The notes beneath the pieces are model-generated. The model ran no database searches and was not told where the DNA came from. It saw nothing but the letters and a program-made list of their open reading frames with translations. Position numbers and translations under genes: made by a program. A stretch of DNA of 64,000 nt from Candidatus Gottesmanbacteria bacterium (lineage in GTDB: Bacteria > Patescibacteriota > Microgenomatia > UBA10105 > UBA927). Below, piece by piece: positions 39,961 to 50,627 of the stretch. The number at the start of each line of letters is the position of its first letter. Position 1 is the stretch's first letter. The stretch lies in assembly GCA_023245335.1 (NCBI GenBank), contig JAHFKK010000001.1, positions 936,019 to 1,000,018 of the forward strand. The letters run 5' to 3'.

Positions 39961-41769
39961 TTATCCTACCAAATCATACTTCTCAAGTGCCTTCATTCGC
40001 TCCTCTCCTGTGGCACCCAAGAGCGTTTTCTGAAGCATGATCATCTTGGCGTAGAGTCCCGACGTTTGTTTCATGAGATCCTTGGGGGTCCCAAACTGCG
40101 ATATTTTTCCCTCCGAGAGAACGAGGATCTTATCCACTCCCGACAATGTTGAGAGCCGGTGCGCGATGATAATCGTCGTTTTGCCGCGCGTCAGATGATC
40201 CAATCCCTGCTGGACCAGAAGTTCCGACCGGCTGTCGAGTGAACTCGTCGCTTCGTCGAGAATGATAAGCGGTGCATCATGGAGAATGGCCCTCGCTATG
40301 GCAAGACGCTGCTTCTGTCCGCCGGAAAGTTTCACCCCGCGCTCCCCGATAGTGGTTTCGTATTTCTTCTCAAGCGTATCTATAAATTCCGTCGCATTGG
40401 CGAGTCTTGCAGCTTCTCGAACTTCTGCATCGGTCGCGTCCGGGCTGCCATACCGGATATTTTCTGCAATCGTTCCCGAGAATAACAGCGCATCCTGGAA
40501 TACGATGGATATATGTTTGCGAAGCGATTCAGCGGTAACACCGCTGACGTCTTTTCTCGCCAGACGGATACTACCCAAGCGCGGGACATAATATCGGAGG
40601 ATAAGGTTCACAAGCGTTGACTTCCCCTGCCCGCTTTCGCCGACAAGAGCTAGCTTCTCTCCGTAGCCCAACGCAAACGAAATATCTTTAAGGACATCTC
40701 GTTTGTTCCCGTAGGAAAACGATACACCATCAAATGATAGGCTCGATCCTTTGGGCGTCTTCGGCCAAGTGAGTGCTGCGGCACCAGCCCGATCCTGTAT
40801 GATCTGCGACGTAGCGAGTACGGCAAAAAAATCTTTACTGCCGGCATCCGCCTGCTGTATTTGCCCGATGATAAACGACATGGCAAAGAGCGGAAACCGG
40901 GCCTGATTGACGAGCTGAAGCATAAGGGTCATTTCACCCAACGTGTAAGATCTCCGGTACGTCATAAACAGGATATAGGAAACGATACAAAAAAGAATGA
41001 TGTTGAGCGCAATCCTCCTATAGAAATCAAAGATATGCCATTCTTTGGATTGCACGCGCGTAATTTTTTCGATTTCGTCACGGGCCCGCCGAAACGCACC
41101 AAATTCGAATACTTCCCCCAAAAACGCTTTCACTACCCGTATGCCCGCGAGACTTTCAAGCGCTCTCCCCTGAGACATATCTGCGATCGCGTTTTTTTCT
41201 CCTTCGTGTTTCCCCCACGCCATCGAGGACCGATGGGTGATCACGATATAGATCGGAAACAACGCGGCCAAAAGAATTGCGACGATCGGTGAATAGAACA
41301 TAAGGATCGCGATCGTAATGATGGCGGTTAAGAAAAACGGCAGGAAGTTGTTCGTCGCGTTCTGGATGAAATTGGTGATGCTTTCTATGCCTCTATACAT
41401 TTTGTTCACGAGATTCCCGACCGCTATGTTGTCAAAGTACCCGACATCCAGACTTAATACGTGCTTATAAAATTTTGCCGATAAATACGACTGCAGTTTC
41501 ACGGCTAACAGATCGCCGATATACATGCCTACCGCGGTAAGTATCGTACCAAAAATGTCGGAAACGATGAGAATAGCGAGCGCCACATAGAGAATGTGCA
41601 ATTCGTTTTTACCGGTCAACAGTTGCGCAGTGATGCCGTCAACGATTTGCTTGAGGACAAAAGGCCCGACGAAACTCAAAAGCGATGATGCGATGATAAA
41701 AATACTCATCCCGACGTACCAACCGGTGAACGACTTGGTGAAGCGGAATATATTGAAAATGTTTTTCAT
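39961..41769 (-). CDS. ABC exporter (fused TMD and NBD)
   Basis: GESGQGKST, LSGGQKQR, ILDEATSSLD, IAHRLST. Confidence 0.96.
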   Translation of the reverse strand: MKNIFNIFRFTKSFTGWYVGMSIFIIASSLLSFVGPFVLKQIVDGITAQLLTGKNELHILYVALAILIVSDIFGTILTAVGMYIGDLLAVKLQSYLSAKFYKHVLSLDVGYFDNIAVGNLVNKMYRGIESITNFIQNATNNFLPFFLTAIITIAILMFYSPIVAILLAALFPIYIVITHRSSMAWGKHEGEKNAIADMSQGRALESLAGIRVVKAFLGEVFEFGAFRRARDEIEKITRVQSKEWHIFDFYRRIALNIILFCIVSYILFMTYRRSYTLGEMTLMLQLVNQARFPLFAMSFIIGQIQQADAGSKDFFAVLATSQIIQDRAGAAALTWPKTPKGSSLSFDGVSFSYGNKRDVLKDISFALGYGEKLALVGESGQGKSTLVNLILRYYVPRLGSIRLARKDVSGVTAESLRKHISIVFQDALLFSGTIAENIRYGSPDATDAEVREAARLANATEFIDTLEKKYETTIGERGVKLSGGQKQRLAIARAILHDAPLIILDEATSSLDSRSELLVQQGLDHLTRGKTTIIIAHRLSTLSGVDKILVLSEGKISQFGTPKDLMKQTSGLYAKMIMLQKTLLGATGEERMKALEKYDLVG

Positions 41770-42075
41770 TCCGGGTTAGATTATGAATCTTCGAAATATG
41801 ACAACTCCCGAATTTATTGTACGATTCGTTACAAAAATTGTCGATTCCATGAGTTTCTATCATACTACAATTCCACGGGTTTCGTCCTTTACAGAAATGA
41901 CATGATAGAGAGGAGTGACGGAACGCTGTCGATGAAAGGAGCGGTATGAAAAAATATTGTCAATCCTCCACATCTGACTTGTGACCAAAGTATACGCATA
42001 AGGAGCAAGGCCCGGATCCCGCATGAATGAGCACACGCTTGATTTTCGACCCAAAGCGTAGCACAATAGTATGCA

Positions 42076-42477
42076 ATGAGGAAAACACCAAACACATTCA
42101 TCTACGTCATCGCGCTTTTCGGACTCATAATCGTCGGCGTCGTCACCACCGCAATTATAAACGTCGTCAAAAACAACCAGACAGCACCGACGGATATACG
42201 CGCTCGCGCAGGGGTCGTCAACATCATCAAATTGGTAGGCACGGTCGCAAGCGTCAATAGTGCGGACGGGACGCTAATGGTCGAGAATGTACAATTCAGT
42301 CCGGAAAGCAGGAGCGGTCCGGCAATCAATTACGGCACGTGGACAGTCACGATTCCGACAAGCTTCAACCTTTTATCCGCTTCCGTGGGAACGAACGTGA
42401 GTTTTGTCGTGAACGCATCTTCATTTGATGTCGCGACCCACAAAGTCAGCGCAACACAAATCACGGTAACCCGCTAA
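42076..42477 (+). CDS. Membrane-anchored hypothetical protein
   Basis: N-terminal TM, DIRARA linker, beta-rich domain. Confidence 0.65.
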   Translation: MRKTPNTFIYVIALFGLIIVGVVTTAIINVVKNNQTAPTDIRARAGVVNIIKLVGTVASVNSADGTLMVENVQFSPESRSGPAINYGTWTVTIPTSFNLLSASVGTNVSFVVNASSFDVATHKVSATQITVTR

Positions 42478-43304
42478 CGAAGTCCATCGAGTGTATGACT
42501 CTCCCCGGCGTTTACTGTCCGTTCTGGCATATCGTGACGAATGATATGGGCCGACCCTGTCCCCAACACCTCAAACGTGTTCTTTGCGCTGTCGATACAG
42601 CAGGCTGTCGTTTCGTCGATTCCCAGAATTGTTATGTTGGGAGGCAGCATACGACGAAGTGTCTCAAATCGCTTCATGCCCATCCAGCAGCGCGTCGTAT
42701 CAAAATCCTCGCCCTCCGTGTTATTCCAATGGGGTATCACGGCAATGGAAATCCCGTAGGGCTTCAATATATCTAATCCCTCTATCCAGTGGATATCCTC
42801 ACCGGCTTTATATATTTCGTACACCGGAAGTGCTACGCGGCCGATCGCGACGGCGGTCGCCGATCCCAAACAAAGCGTCGCTCCCCGTGCGTGAGCCTCC
42901 ATCATGCGCTTCCAGGCGAGCGTATCCCGAAGGTGGGTAATCACATAGCTCGGGCTCCCTGCCCCGCTGTAGAGATAATCAATCTCCCGTATGACATCGA
43001 CCGTGCTTGGGGTATTTGTACTTTTCTCTCCGTCTCTGCGCCAGGCAGGGATGCGCACGATATCGGGTTTCCAGTCGCGTAAATGCTCACGGAAAAAGTC
43101 TTCCATACGCTCCGGCCATCCGTGCATCGCGTTCACCTCGAATCCCGTCGGCGTTTCTAGAATTCCGATTTTTACCGGCGCTGAAAGCGACACACGCCGA
43201 AAAACATCTTCATGTATTTTCCGGCCCGTAGGGGTAAGCTCACCGGAACCGAATAAAACGATGACGCCGGGGGTACGGCTATCACGGCCGGAGCGCCGCG
43301 TCAT
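42474..43304 (-). CDS. Peptidase S51/cyanophycinase-like (class I GATase-like fold) protein
   Basis: GSGE, G.GSP, GSATA, PHWNN.EG, GIDE.TA; overlaps the cysS stop. Confidence 0.75.
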   Translation of the reverse strand: MTRRSGRDSRTPGVIVLFGSGELTPTGRKIHEDVFRRVSLSAPVKIGILETPTGFEVNAMHGWPERMEDFFREHLRDWKPDIVRIPAWRRDGEKSTNTPSTVDVIREIDYLYSGAGSPSYVITHLRDTLAWKRMMEAHARGATLCLGSATAVAIGRVALPVYEIYKAGEDIHWIEGLDILKPYGISIAVIPHWNNTEGEDFDTTRCWMGMKRFETLRRMLPPNITILGIDETTACCIDSAKNTFEVLGTGSAHIIRHDMPERTVNAGESHTLDGLR

Positions 43305-44731
43305 ATGGTCTTTTTTTTTACACGGGAGCCCTGAGGCGTATCCTCTATTTCATATCCGCTCTTGACGATTTGATCGCGGACCGTATCGGATTCTGCGAAT
43401 TTTTTGGCGGCGCGGAATTCATCCCGTTTACGAAGCAGCGCTTGAATGCCGGCAGGCGCCTCTTCCTCCGTCGGCGCTTCAGAAATGTCGGCAAGCTTGA
43501 GACCCAAGACGTCATCAAAATCGAGAAGTAAATCAAATTTATCCTGACTCGGCACATTGGATTTGATAAGCTCCCAGACGACCGCGAGGGCCTGCGGAGT
43601 ATTCATGTCGTTTCCGAGTGCCGAATCAAATTTAGCGCGATACGCGTCTACTTTGGCAAGCTTCTCTTCACTAAGTGCTGAGCGTTCGCGTTTCTCCGCT
43701 TTCAGTTTGCTAATCTGAATTCGTAACTCCGACAGTGCTGATTGCGCAGCATGCAAGGATTCCCAGGTAAAATTGAGTTCGCTGCGGTACTGACTCGTCA
43801 AGTAAAAATATCGGAGCGCCAAAGGATCAATTCCTTTCTTTATCACGTCCTCGACGGTATAAAAATTACCGAAACTCTTACTCATTTTTTTACCGTCTAC
43901 GCGCAGAAAATTATAGTGTATCCAGTACTTCACGAACGGTTGACCGGTCGCTCCCTCACTTTGGGCGATTTCATTGGGATGATGAACCGGTATGTGGTCA
44001 ATGCCGCCGGTGTGAATGTCAAAACTGTCGCCGAGGTATTTCATGCTCATCGCCGAACACTCGATATGCCAGCCAGGGAAACCGTCGCCCCAGGGGCTAT
44101 CCCAATGCATCGCATGATCCGCAAATCTCCCGACACGTTTAAACCATAGCGCGAAATCCGCAGGATGTTTTTTGTGTTCTCCGGTTTGCACGCTGTCGCG
44201 AACCGCTGTTTTTTTCTCCGTGAGTTTCTGGCGCCCGAAAAGTTTATCGTATCCCGGAAAGGTCGTCACGTCGTAGTAGACCGCTTCAGGCGTTTCGTAG
44301 GCGTGACCGCGATCCACGAGCTTTTGTATGAGGGCAATCTGCTCGGCTATGTGCTCCGTGGCTTTACAGATAACGCTCGGCCGCAAGACGTTTAATGAAT
44401 CCATTGTGGTATAAAAATGATCAGTATAAAATTTCGCTACATCCCACACGGTCTTGCCGTACTTTTTTGCACCCTTTTCCATTTTGTCCTCACCCTCATC
44501 CGCGTCTGATGCCAAATGTCCGACATCCGTCACGTTCTGAACATGCGTCACGTCATACCCGAAACGCGTAAGTATGCGCCGTAATACATCGTCACCGACA
44601 TACTTGCGGCCATGGCCGATATGCGCGTAGTCATAGACGGTCATACCGCACGTATAGAGACCCACTTTGGGAGGATGTATGGGCACAAAATCTTCTATCT
44701 TCCGGGTAAAACTGTTATAGATATGAAGCAT
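43301..44731 (-). CDS. cysS: Cysteine--tRNA ligase
   Basis: [26 protein letters not shown]. Confidence 0.98.
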   Translation of the reverse strand: MLHIYNSFTRKIEDFVPIHPPKVGLYTCGMTVYDYAHIGHGRKYVGDDVLRRILTRFGYDVTHVQNVTDVGHLASDADEGEDKMEKGAKKYGKTVWDVAKFYTDHFYTTMDSLNVLRPSVICKATEHIAEQIALIQKLVDRGHAYETPEAVYYDVTTFPGYDKLFGRQKLTEKKTAVRDSVQTGEHKKHPADFALWFKRVGRFADHAMHWDSPWGDGFPGWHIECSAMSMKYLGDSFDIHTGGIDHIPVHHPNEIAQSEGATGQPFVKYWIHYNFLRVDGKKMSKSFGNFYTVEDVIKKGIDPLALRYFYLTSQYRSELNFTWESLHAAQSALSELRIQISKLKAEKRERSALSEEKLAKVDAYRAKFDSALGNDMNTPQALAVVWELIKSNVPSQDKFDLLLDFDDVLGLKLADISEAPTEEEAPAGIQALLRKRDEFRAAKKFAESDTVRDQIVKSGYEIEDTPQGSRVKKKTI

Positions 44732-44779
44732 AGGCAATCTCCACAAAATACCTTATAGGAGTATATCATACCAAAAATC

Positions 44780-46210
44780 TCAATTCGGTTGATGCAGGAT
44801 TCGGTATACGGATGTTTCATGCGACCGGAAGAAAAGGTCGATATTGCCGTTCTTCTCTAAATTAATAACGCTCGTGATGAACCGCTCGCGGGGGATGAGA
44901 AAGCTTCGTTCATCCCAGTCTCTGGACGTATCGACGATAAGGTAAGAGGGCTTCCCCGCCCAGCGTAACCAATCACAGGTTTTTACCCCGCACGGGCTAT
45001 TTTCCGTAAAGTCCTTCGTCATCGGATATAAGGTGAAAACCAAGGGTCGTTCACTCAAATGCGGGGTAATGTTATTTTGACTGACCACGGATGCGTCTTT
45101 CGGCAGCTGCCGTATCCCCCGCTCGATATCCGTAACACTAGCAGGCATTGTCCAAAACCATCGCTTGGTAAGGTAGCTTAGCGGCAAATGCAGAACGTAC
45201 TGCAGCGCGAGCGCGCAGACAACAAGATAGATCGCGATATAGACCGTGTTCAATTTCTTCCACCGACTGATCACATCTATCGTCGGCAACGCAAGTAATA
45301 CCCCAAGTGTCACCCGATAATGCATAAATAATCCCTGTGCAGCAGTGAAATTCGGAGCGAAAACAAAATAATGGGCCATATCCCCTATCGCTGGAAGGAG
45401 CGTAAGTACGGAGGCGACAGGAAGGAATCCGAACCAGCCAAGCGAATAGAGCCAGGTCTGTCGCTTGTCAGCCGAATCGTAGAACAAAGAAAGACTCACA
45501 TGCTTTCCCAGACCATCCGCAGTTGCATACCGATAGCCATCATGAGTGAAGTGCGGAAAGTAGACGCCAAAAATCGCCGCAAAGTACAGGAGGGATATGA
45601 TTCCGGCAAAAAGAGAATTTCGGTCGCGGCGACGCAAAAAATATACTGCGCTGACGAGCCCGGTCAGAAGTGCTACATCTTCTTTTGAGATAATGGCAAG
45701 TACGAGCGTGATGAATATCCAATGGGTTTGCTCCGCATCCAGAAAGTATATAAACCACGCGAGCGCTGCGGCGCCGAAACTAAGACTGTGTACGTCAAAC
45801 CACACCGCGTTCTGCATGCCGTAAAACATGAGAAAACTTACAAGGAGAGCAAAACATACAACCGGACGTAGCTTCTTTTTCCGGGCTAATAGATAAACAG
45901 GAATCCCTGAAAAGCTAAGCGCTGCCGCCTGCAGTACGAGAAGCATTATCGGACTCCGGTAGAGCCAATAAAACGGTGCTATGAGTACATACATAAGCTC
46001 GACATGATCCGTGAGGATTGAGGTAAACGGATACGCCTGGACCGTCGTGATGGGTGCGCGCAAAATGCTGTAGAGCCAGACAATCTGATCGGTAATACCC
46101 AGATCAAATCCATAGGAACCGAAGTGAAGGTGCCGGATAACCGAAAGAACAGAATAACACACGGCAAAGCCCAAACAAATGAGGATGACCCAACGCAGCT
46201 CTTTTTTCAC
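44780..46210 (-). CDS. DUF2079-family membrane protein (GT-C-like)
   Basis: FDLGI.DQ, DH, FDVH, KED, HY motifs; multiple TM helices. Confidence 0.8.
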   Translation of the reverse strand: MKKELRWVILICLGFAVCYSVLSVIRHLHFGSYGFDLGITDQIVWLYSILRAPITTVQAYPFTSILTDHVELMYVLIAPFYWLYRSPIMLLVLQAAALSFSGIPVYLLARKKKLRPVVCFALLVSFLMFYGMQNAVWFDVHSLSFGAAALAWFIYFLDAEQTHWIFITLVLAIISKEDVALLTGLVSAVYFLRRRDRNSLFAGIISLLYFAAIFGVYFPHFTHDGYRYATADGLGKHVSLSLFYDSADKRQTWLYSLGWFGFLPVASVLTLLPAIGDMAHYFVFAPNFTAAQGLFMHYRVTLGVLLALPTIDVISRWKKLNTVYIAIYLVVCALALQYVLHLPLSYLTKRWFWTMPASVTDIERGIRQLPKDASVVSQNNITPHLSERPLVFTLYPMTKDFTENSPCGVKTCDWLRWAGKPSYLIVDTSRDWDERSFLIPRERFITSVINLEKNGNIDLFFRSHETSVYRILHQPN

Positions 46211-46222
46211 AAAAAAAATTAA

Positions 46223-46708
46223 TTAATCCTGCCGCACGTTTCTACTCATCTCCGTGCTTGATTTCTTCGCCTTCATTCCGTAGAGATCACCCCTCGGACG
46301 TTTGCCGCCGCTTTTGGGCAGGGCCTGTTTCTGCGCCTCCGCCTTTTGCTTCTTTTCTGCTTCCTTCTTTTGTTTTTCCTCTTCCTGAAGTTTCTCCCAA
46401 ACGGTAGGTTCCTTTTGCTGGGAGGTTTTACCGGAAATTTCCTCAAGTGCCTTTCGCGCAATTGCGGACTTCACTTCCTCGCTTTGGCCTGAAGCCGGCG
46501 CTTGTATTCCTTCTTCCTGACCTGGAATTTGCGGGGTATTTTGCGATTGCTGCTTTGGATTCTTTTTTCCTCCCGACGAAACACCAAGACTTTCAAGCGC
46601 CTTGCCTGCAATGTCTTTGGGGGCCTGCACAGCTTCCTGTGCCACGTCTTTGCCGATTTGTTCTATCGACTCGCCTATTTGACCTAAAATTGATCCGGGA
46701 TTTGCCAT
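46223..46708 (-). CDS. Hypothetical charged/coiled-coil protein
   Basis: Co-oriented ORF closely spaced with the upstream gene. Confidence 0.65.
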   Translation of the reverse strand: MANPGSILGQIGESIEQIGKDVAQEAVQAPKDIAGKALESLGVSSGGKKNPKQQSQNTPQIPGQEEGIQAPASGQSEEVKSAIARKALEEISGKTSQQKEPTVWEKLQEEEKQKKEAEKKQKAEAQKQALPKSGGKRPRGDLYGMKAKKSSTEMSRNVRQD

Positions 46709-46709
46709 A

Positions 46710-47009
46710 TTACGCGAATCCTAATTGTTGTTTCGCAGCTATACTCATCCGATCCATATTCCACGGCGGTTCAAACGTCAACTCTACGCGGACTTCTTTG
46801 ACACCGGGTAACTTCCCCACTTCTTTTTTGATGGGGTCTGCGATAAGAGAAAATAGCGGGCACCCGATGGTCGTCAGGGTCATAGTGATTTCGACGACCG
46901 ACCCTTTGGATTTGATGCCGTATATAAGACCCAGATCCCACAGCGACACCCCGATCTCCGGATCCGGTATGTTTCTCAGTATTTCTTCAACTTGTTTTTT
47001 GGTTACCAT
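46710..47009 (-). CDS. DUF59 (SufT-like) Fe-S cluster assembly factor
   Basis: DPE.G.S..DLGLIY, TLTT.GCP, FEPPW. Confidence 0.92.
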   Translation of the reverse strand: MVTKKQVEEILRNIPDPEIGVSLWDLGLIYGIKSKGSVVEITMTLTTIGCPLFSLIADPIKKEVGKLPGVKEVRVELTFEPPWNMDRMSIAAKQQLGFA

Positions 47010-47011
47010 AT

Positions 47012-47626
47012 CTAATACTGCGTTCGTCCTTCCAGCGCTCTTGAGAGCGTCACCTCATCGGCGTATTCGATGTCCGCCCCGACCGGCAAGCCATGCGCGA
47101 GTCTGGTAATTCTGATTTTTCGCTCACTGCCTTGGTCAATTTGTTTCTGTATATACATGGCGGTCGCCTCCCCCTCCATGTTGGGATTCATAGCGAGAAT
47201 GACTTCCTCCACATGATCCTCCCGATCACTCACCCGTTTCAACAAATCAGCAAGATATATTTCATCCGGGCCGATGTTATTTAAAGGATCAATCGATCCG
47301 TGCAGCACATGATAGACGCCTTTAAACTTTCCGGTCTTTTCTATCGACAGGACATCGGTCGGTTGCTCGACGACGCAGATAAGCGTTTTTGTTCTCCCCG
47401 GATTGCTGCAAATGATACAGGGATCCTGCTCCGTCACATTTTTGCATAACGAACAAAGGACGGTATTTTTTTTGAGATTCGTGAGACTGTCCGCAAAACC
47501 TTCAAGATCCTCCTGCGGTACATGGAGAAGATAAAACGCCAGCCGTTGGGCCGTTTTGGGACCCACACCCGGAAGTTTCTCAAAACTCTCTATTAATCGC
47601 GATAAGCTTTTTGGTAGAAGTGACAT
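47012..47626 (-). CDS. recR: Recombination mediator RecR
   Basis: LPGVGPKTAQRLA, C4 zinc finger, EGEATA, EYADE.TL. Confidence 0.97.
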   Translation of the reverse strand: MSLLPKSLSRLIESFEKLPGVGPKTAQRLAFYLLHVPQEDLEGFADSLTNLKKNTVLCSLCKNVTEQDPCIICSNPGRTKTLICVVEQPTDVLSIEKTGKFKGVYHVLHGSIDPLNNIGPDEIYLADLLKRVSDREDHVEEVILAMNPNMEGEATAMYIQKQIDQGSERKIRITRLAHGLPVGADIEYADEVTLSRALEGRTQY

Positions 47627-47704
47627 GGGTTCGTCCTCATACTATACAACAGTCAGAATAATTCAGCAGGTAGACTCGTTGGTAATAGAACAATTTTAGC
47701 GCAT

Positions 47705-48607
47705 TTAGTGCGCAATGGCATCAGAGAGAAGCTTAGCTACCGAAACAACGGTGAGTTTGGCGAAATGTTTTGATCTCGGAATCGCTATCGTATCAGTCAC
47801 GATAACTTCGTTTATGAAACTGTCGGAAAGAAGTGCCACGGCCTCACCGGCAAATACGGCGTGCGTCGCGAGAAAATAGATCGCTTTAGCGCCTTTTTCA
47901 TGCAGAAACTCACTAGTTTTTACCGCGGTCGCGCCGGTATTTATGATGTCATCAAAAATAATAATGGGTTTCCCCGCGACATCACCGGAAATACCGGTCA
48001 CTGTGACTCCCCCCGTTTCGACACTTCTCGTTTTATCTAAATACACGATCTGAAGTCCGACCTCCTTCGCAAACCGTTCGGAGCGGGACTTCCCACCTTT
48101 GTCCGGTGAAACAACAACTGCTTGTTCCCATTTGCCCTTACACTTGGCTTTGAGAGCCTCGGCAAGTACTTCGTGGGTAGACAGCTCGACTGCCGGGATA
48201 TGGAAAAACGGGACAACTGCCTCTGAATGCAGTTCGCAGGCAATGACCCGGTCAAAGCCCGCCGCTTCAATAAATTTCGCGACCAACTGGGCGGATATGG
48301 CTTCTCCTTTGCGGAACGCCTTATCCTGTTTACTGTATCCCATCCACGGAATAACTGCGGTGACTCGTTTGGCACTGAGGCTCTTGAGCGCCTGGCCGAC
48401 AAGGCATAATTCAACCAAACGCTGATCCGCAATTGTCGAAAGCGACTGGATGACGAAGACATCCTTGTCAGCGACGTCTTCTTTCACATATACCCGGCAT
48501 TCGTTATCGATGAAACGCGTTATCTCGACTCCCCCTAATAGTGTATGTGACTCTTTCGCGACGGATCGGGAAAGGGACGGATTAGAAGTACCCGAAAGAA
48601 GAATCAT
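47705..48607 (-). CDS. prs: Ribose-phosphate pyrophosphokinase
   Basis: F.D.E, GYSKQDK, SPDKGG, DDIINTGAT. Confidence 0.93.
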   Translation of the reverse strand: MILLSGTSNPSLSRSVAKESHTLLGGVEITRFIDNECRVYVKEDVADKDVFVIQSLSTIADQRLVELCLVGQALKSLSAKRVTAVIPWMGYSKQDKAFRKGEAISAQLVAKFIEAAGFDRVIACELHSEAVVPFFHIPAVELSTHEVLAEALKAKCKGKWEQAVVVSPDKGGKSRSERFAKEVGLQIVYLDKTRSVETGGVTVTGISGDVAGKPIIIFDDIINTGATAVKTSEFLHEKGAKAIYFLATHAVFAGEAVALLSDSFINEVIVTDTIAIPRSKHFAKLTVVSVAKLLSDAIAH

Positions 48608-49332
48608 TGGCTTAATCCTAACAAAGTAAGTACCCGTTCGTCCAGAAGCGAGCTGACCGCAAGGTCAGCGCCTGCCGCAATGAGCGAAGCGACCGTATCC
48701 AAATGACCGGTGGCGACGCCCAATGCCATGACGCCCGCAGCTTTTGCGGCACGGATGTCATGAACCGTATCGCCGATGACGACGACTTCCTCTGCAAGAA
48801 ACGTACGGCCGAAACGCTTCTTTGCCTGAGCGATGCCCTCACGAACCAAATCCTCACGTTCTTCCATGCTGTCGCCGAACGCACCAAAATGAAAATGTCC
48901 GTCATATCCGGCGTTTTTTAGCTTCAGCCATGCGTTCTTTTCCACGTTACCCGTCACCAATCCGTAATATATGGCAGGCGGTGGCGGAAGACGGCGAACC
49001 AACTGCATTGCATCCTGAATAGGGGCATACGTAATGCTTCCATCCTTCACGGCGGCTTTCAGATATTTATGAAATACGTCCCTGCCCTCCAGAAATTTCT
49101 CGTCGAACCGTTCACGCGATATGCCCACGAGCTGGGCTATTTTCCACATGATCTTTTTGTCTACCATCCCGTTATAGGAGTTTACGTCGAGCGGGATGGT
49201 CACGGGTACGTGGTAGGTTTCCTCAAATACGGCACGTAAACGGAATTCCCAATAGGCGATACTTTTGTCCGTAACCTGGGTAAGCGTCCCATCGATATCA
49301 AATAATACGAGTGTTTTGTGAGAATTTTTCAT
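48604..49332 (-). CDS. HAD-family hydrolase
   Basis: FDIDGTL, VTGN, IGDT.HDI. Confidence 0.92.
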   Translation of the reverse strand: MKNSHKTLVLFDIDGTLTQVTDKSIAYWEFRLRAVFEETYHVPVTIPLDVNSYNGMVDKKIMWKIAQLVGISRERFDEKFLEGRDVFHKYLKAAVKDGSITYAPIQDAMQLVRRLPPPPAIYYGLVTGNVEKNAWLKLKNAGYDGHFHFGAFGDSMEEREDLVREGIAQAKKRFGRTFLAEEVVVIGDTVHDIRAAKAAGVMALGVATGHLDTVASLIAAGADLAVSSLLDERVLTLLGLSQ

Positions 49333-49351
49333 GACGCGATGGCATAAAAAA

Positions 49352-50566
49352 CTATGCCGTCTTCTTTGGGTATATTTCTAATGCTTTTTTGAGGAGCTCG
49401 ACACAGCGGGTTATAGCGACAGTATTTAATACGTACGCAATACGCACTTCGTTTTTCCCTTTGCCCGGCGTCGCATAGAACCCGGCAGCCGGAGCTAACA
49501 TGAATGTCTCGTTGTTATCCCGAAAGTCTGTAAGTAACCATTGGCAAAAATGTTCTGCATCATCAATCGGTAATCCGACGATCGTATAAAATGCGCCTTC
49601 TGGTTTGGGGATGACGACACCGGGTATGGCACGAAGCCCTTCATACAAAACGTCACGGCGCTTTTCGAATTCCGCATGTATCGCATCCAAAAACGGTTGC
49701 GGCACTTCCGAAAGTTTGGCGGCGACCAGCTGATCGATAAGTCCGGCCGACAATCTCCCCTGCCCGATATGCAGGACGCCTTGCATAATTTCCGTATTCC
49801 TGGAAACTAATGCACCGATACGCAAACCGCAGACACTATACCGTTTCGACAAACTGTCGAGCATGATCGCCTGATCCGGGATCTCCTCCATATAGGAAAG
49901 AAGCGACGTTTGTTTCCTACCGTCATAGGCATATTCCCTGTAAACCTCATCCGAGAGCAAAAATAATTCATGCTTTTTCACGATACGCACCAGCATCTCC
50001 ATCTCTTCTTTGGTATAGACCGTACCAGTGGGATTATTGGGCGTGCAGATAAGAATTGCTTTGGTTTTGCGGGTGATCATTTTTTCTATTTCCGCCTCTG
50101 CCGGCAAATGAAAGCCCGTATCGGCAGTCGTCAGCACCGGGACAAGTTTGACGCCATGAACGATCGCATAGGAATTATAATTACTGTAAAACGGCTCAAA
50201 TACAATAACTTCGTCAGCGGTGTCGCATGTCGCAAATAGCGCCCACGAAATGGCTTCTGATCCTCCCATGGTCACCTGAATATCTCTCGTCTCAAGAAAT
50301 GAAAAGCCCAAACCGTGATAATAGGAATTAAGTGCCGTAAGAAGCGGAGCCTCCCCGTGAGAATTGGCGTAGCCGATCGGATTCCTATCCCAGGCACGCA
50401 CGGCCTCCATCATGACCTCCGGAGTTTCTATGTCGGGGTCGCCGATATTGAAATGATACACTTTGACACCCTCTTTTTTCGCAGCGTCTGCAAACGGCAC
50501 GAGTTTACGGATGGGTGACGCGGGAACAGTCACCAGACGATCTGATACAGGAAGCGGTTTCATCAT
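49352..50566 (-). CDS. Class I PLP-dependent aminotransferase
   Basis: NIGDPD, PNNPTG, DEVY, SLSKRYS..GLRIG. Confidence 0.93.
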   Translation of the reverse strand: MMKPLPVSDRLVTVPASPIRKLVPFADAAKKEGVKVYHFNIGDPDIETPEVMMEAVRAWDRNPIGYANSHGEAPLLTALNSYYHGLGFSFLETRDIQVTMGGSEAISWALFATCDTADEVIVFEPFYSNYNSYAIVHGVKLVPVLTTADTGFHLPAEAEIEKMITRKTKAILICTPNNPTGTVYTKEEMEMLVRIVKKHELFLLSDEVYREYAYDGRKQTSLLSYMEEIPDQAIMLDSLSKRYSVCGLRIGALVSRNTEIMQGVLHIGQGRLSAGLIDQLVAAKLSEVPQPFLDAIHAEFEKRRDVLYEGLRAIPGVVIPKPEGAFYTIVGLPIDDAEHFCQWLLTDFRDNNETFMLAPAAGFYATPGKGKNEVRIAYVLNTVAITRCVELLKKALEIYPKKTA

Positions 50567-50627
50567 GTTATTGTATCAAATCAGTCGAGTCCTGTGGAGA
50601 AATCATGCAGATACGCAACAAAACGGA

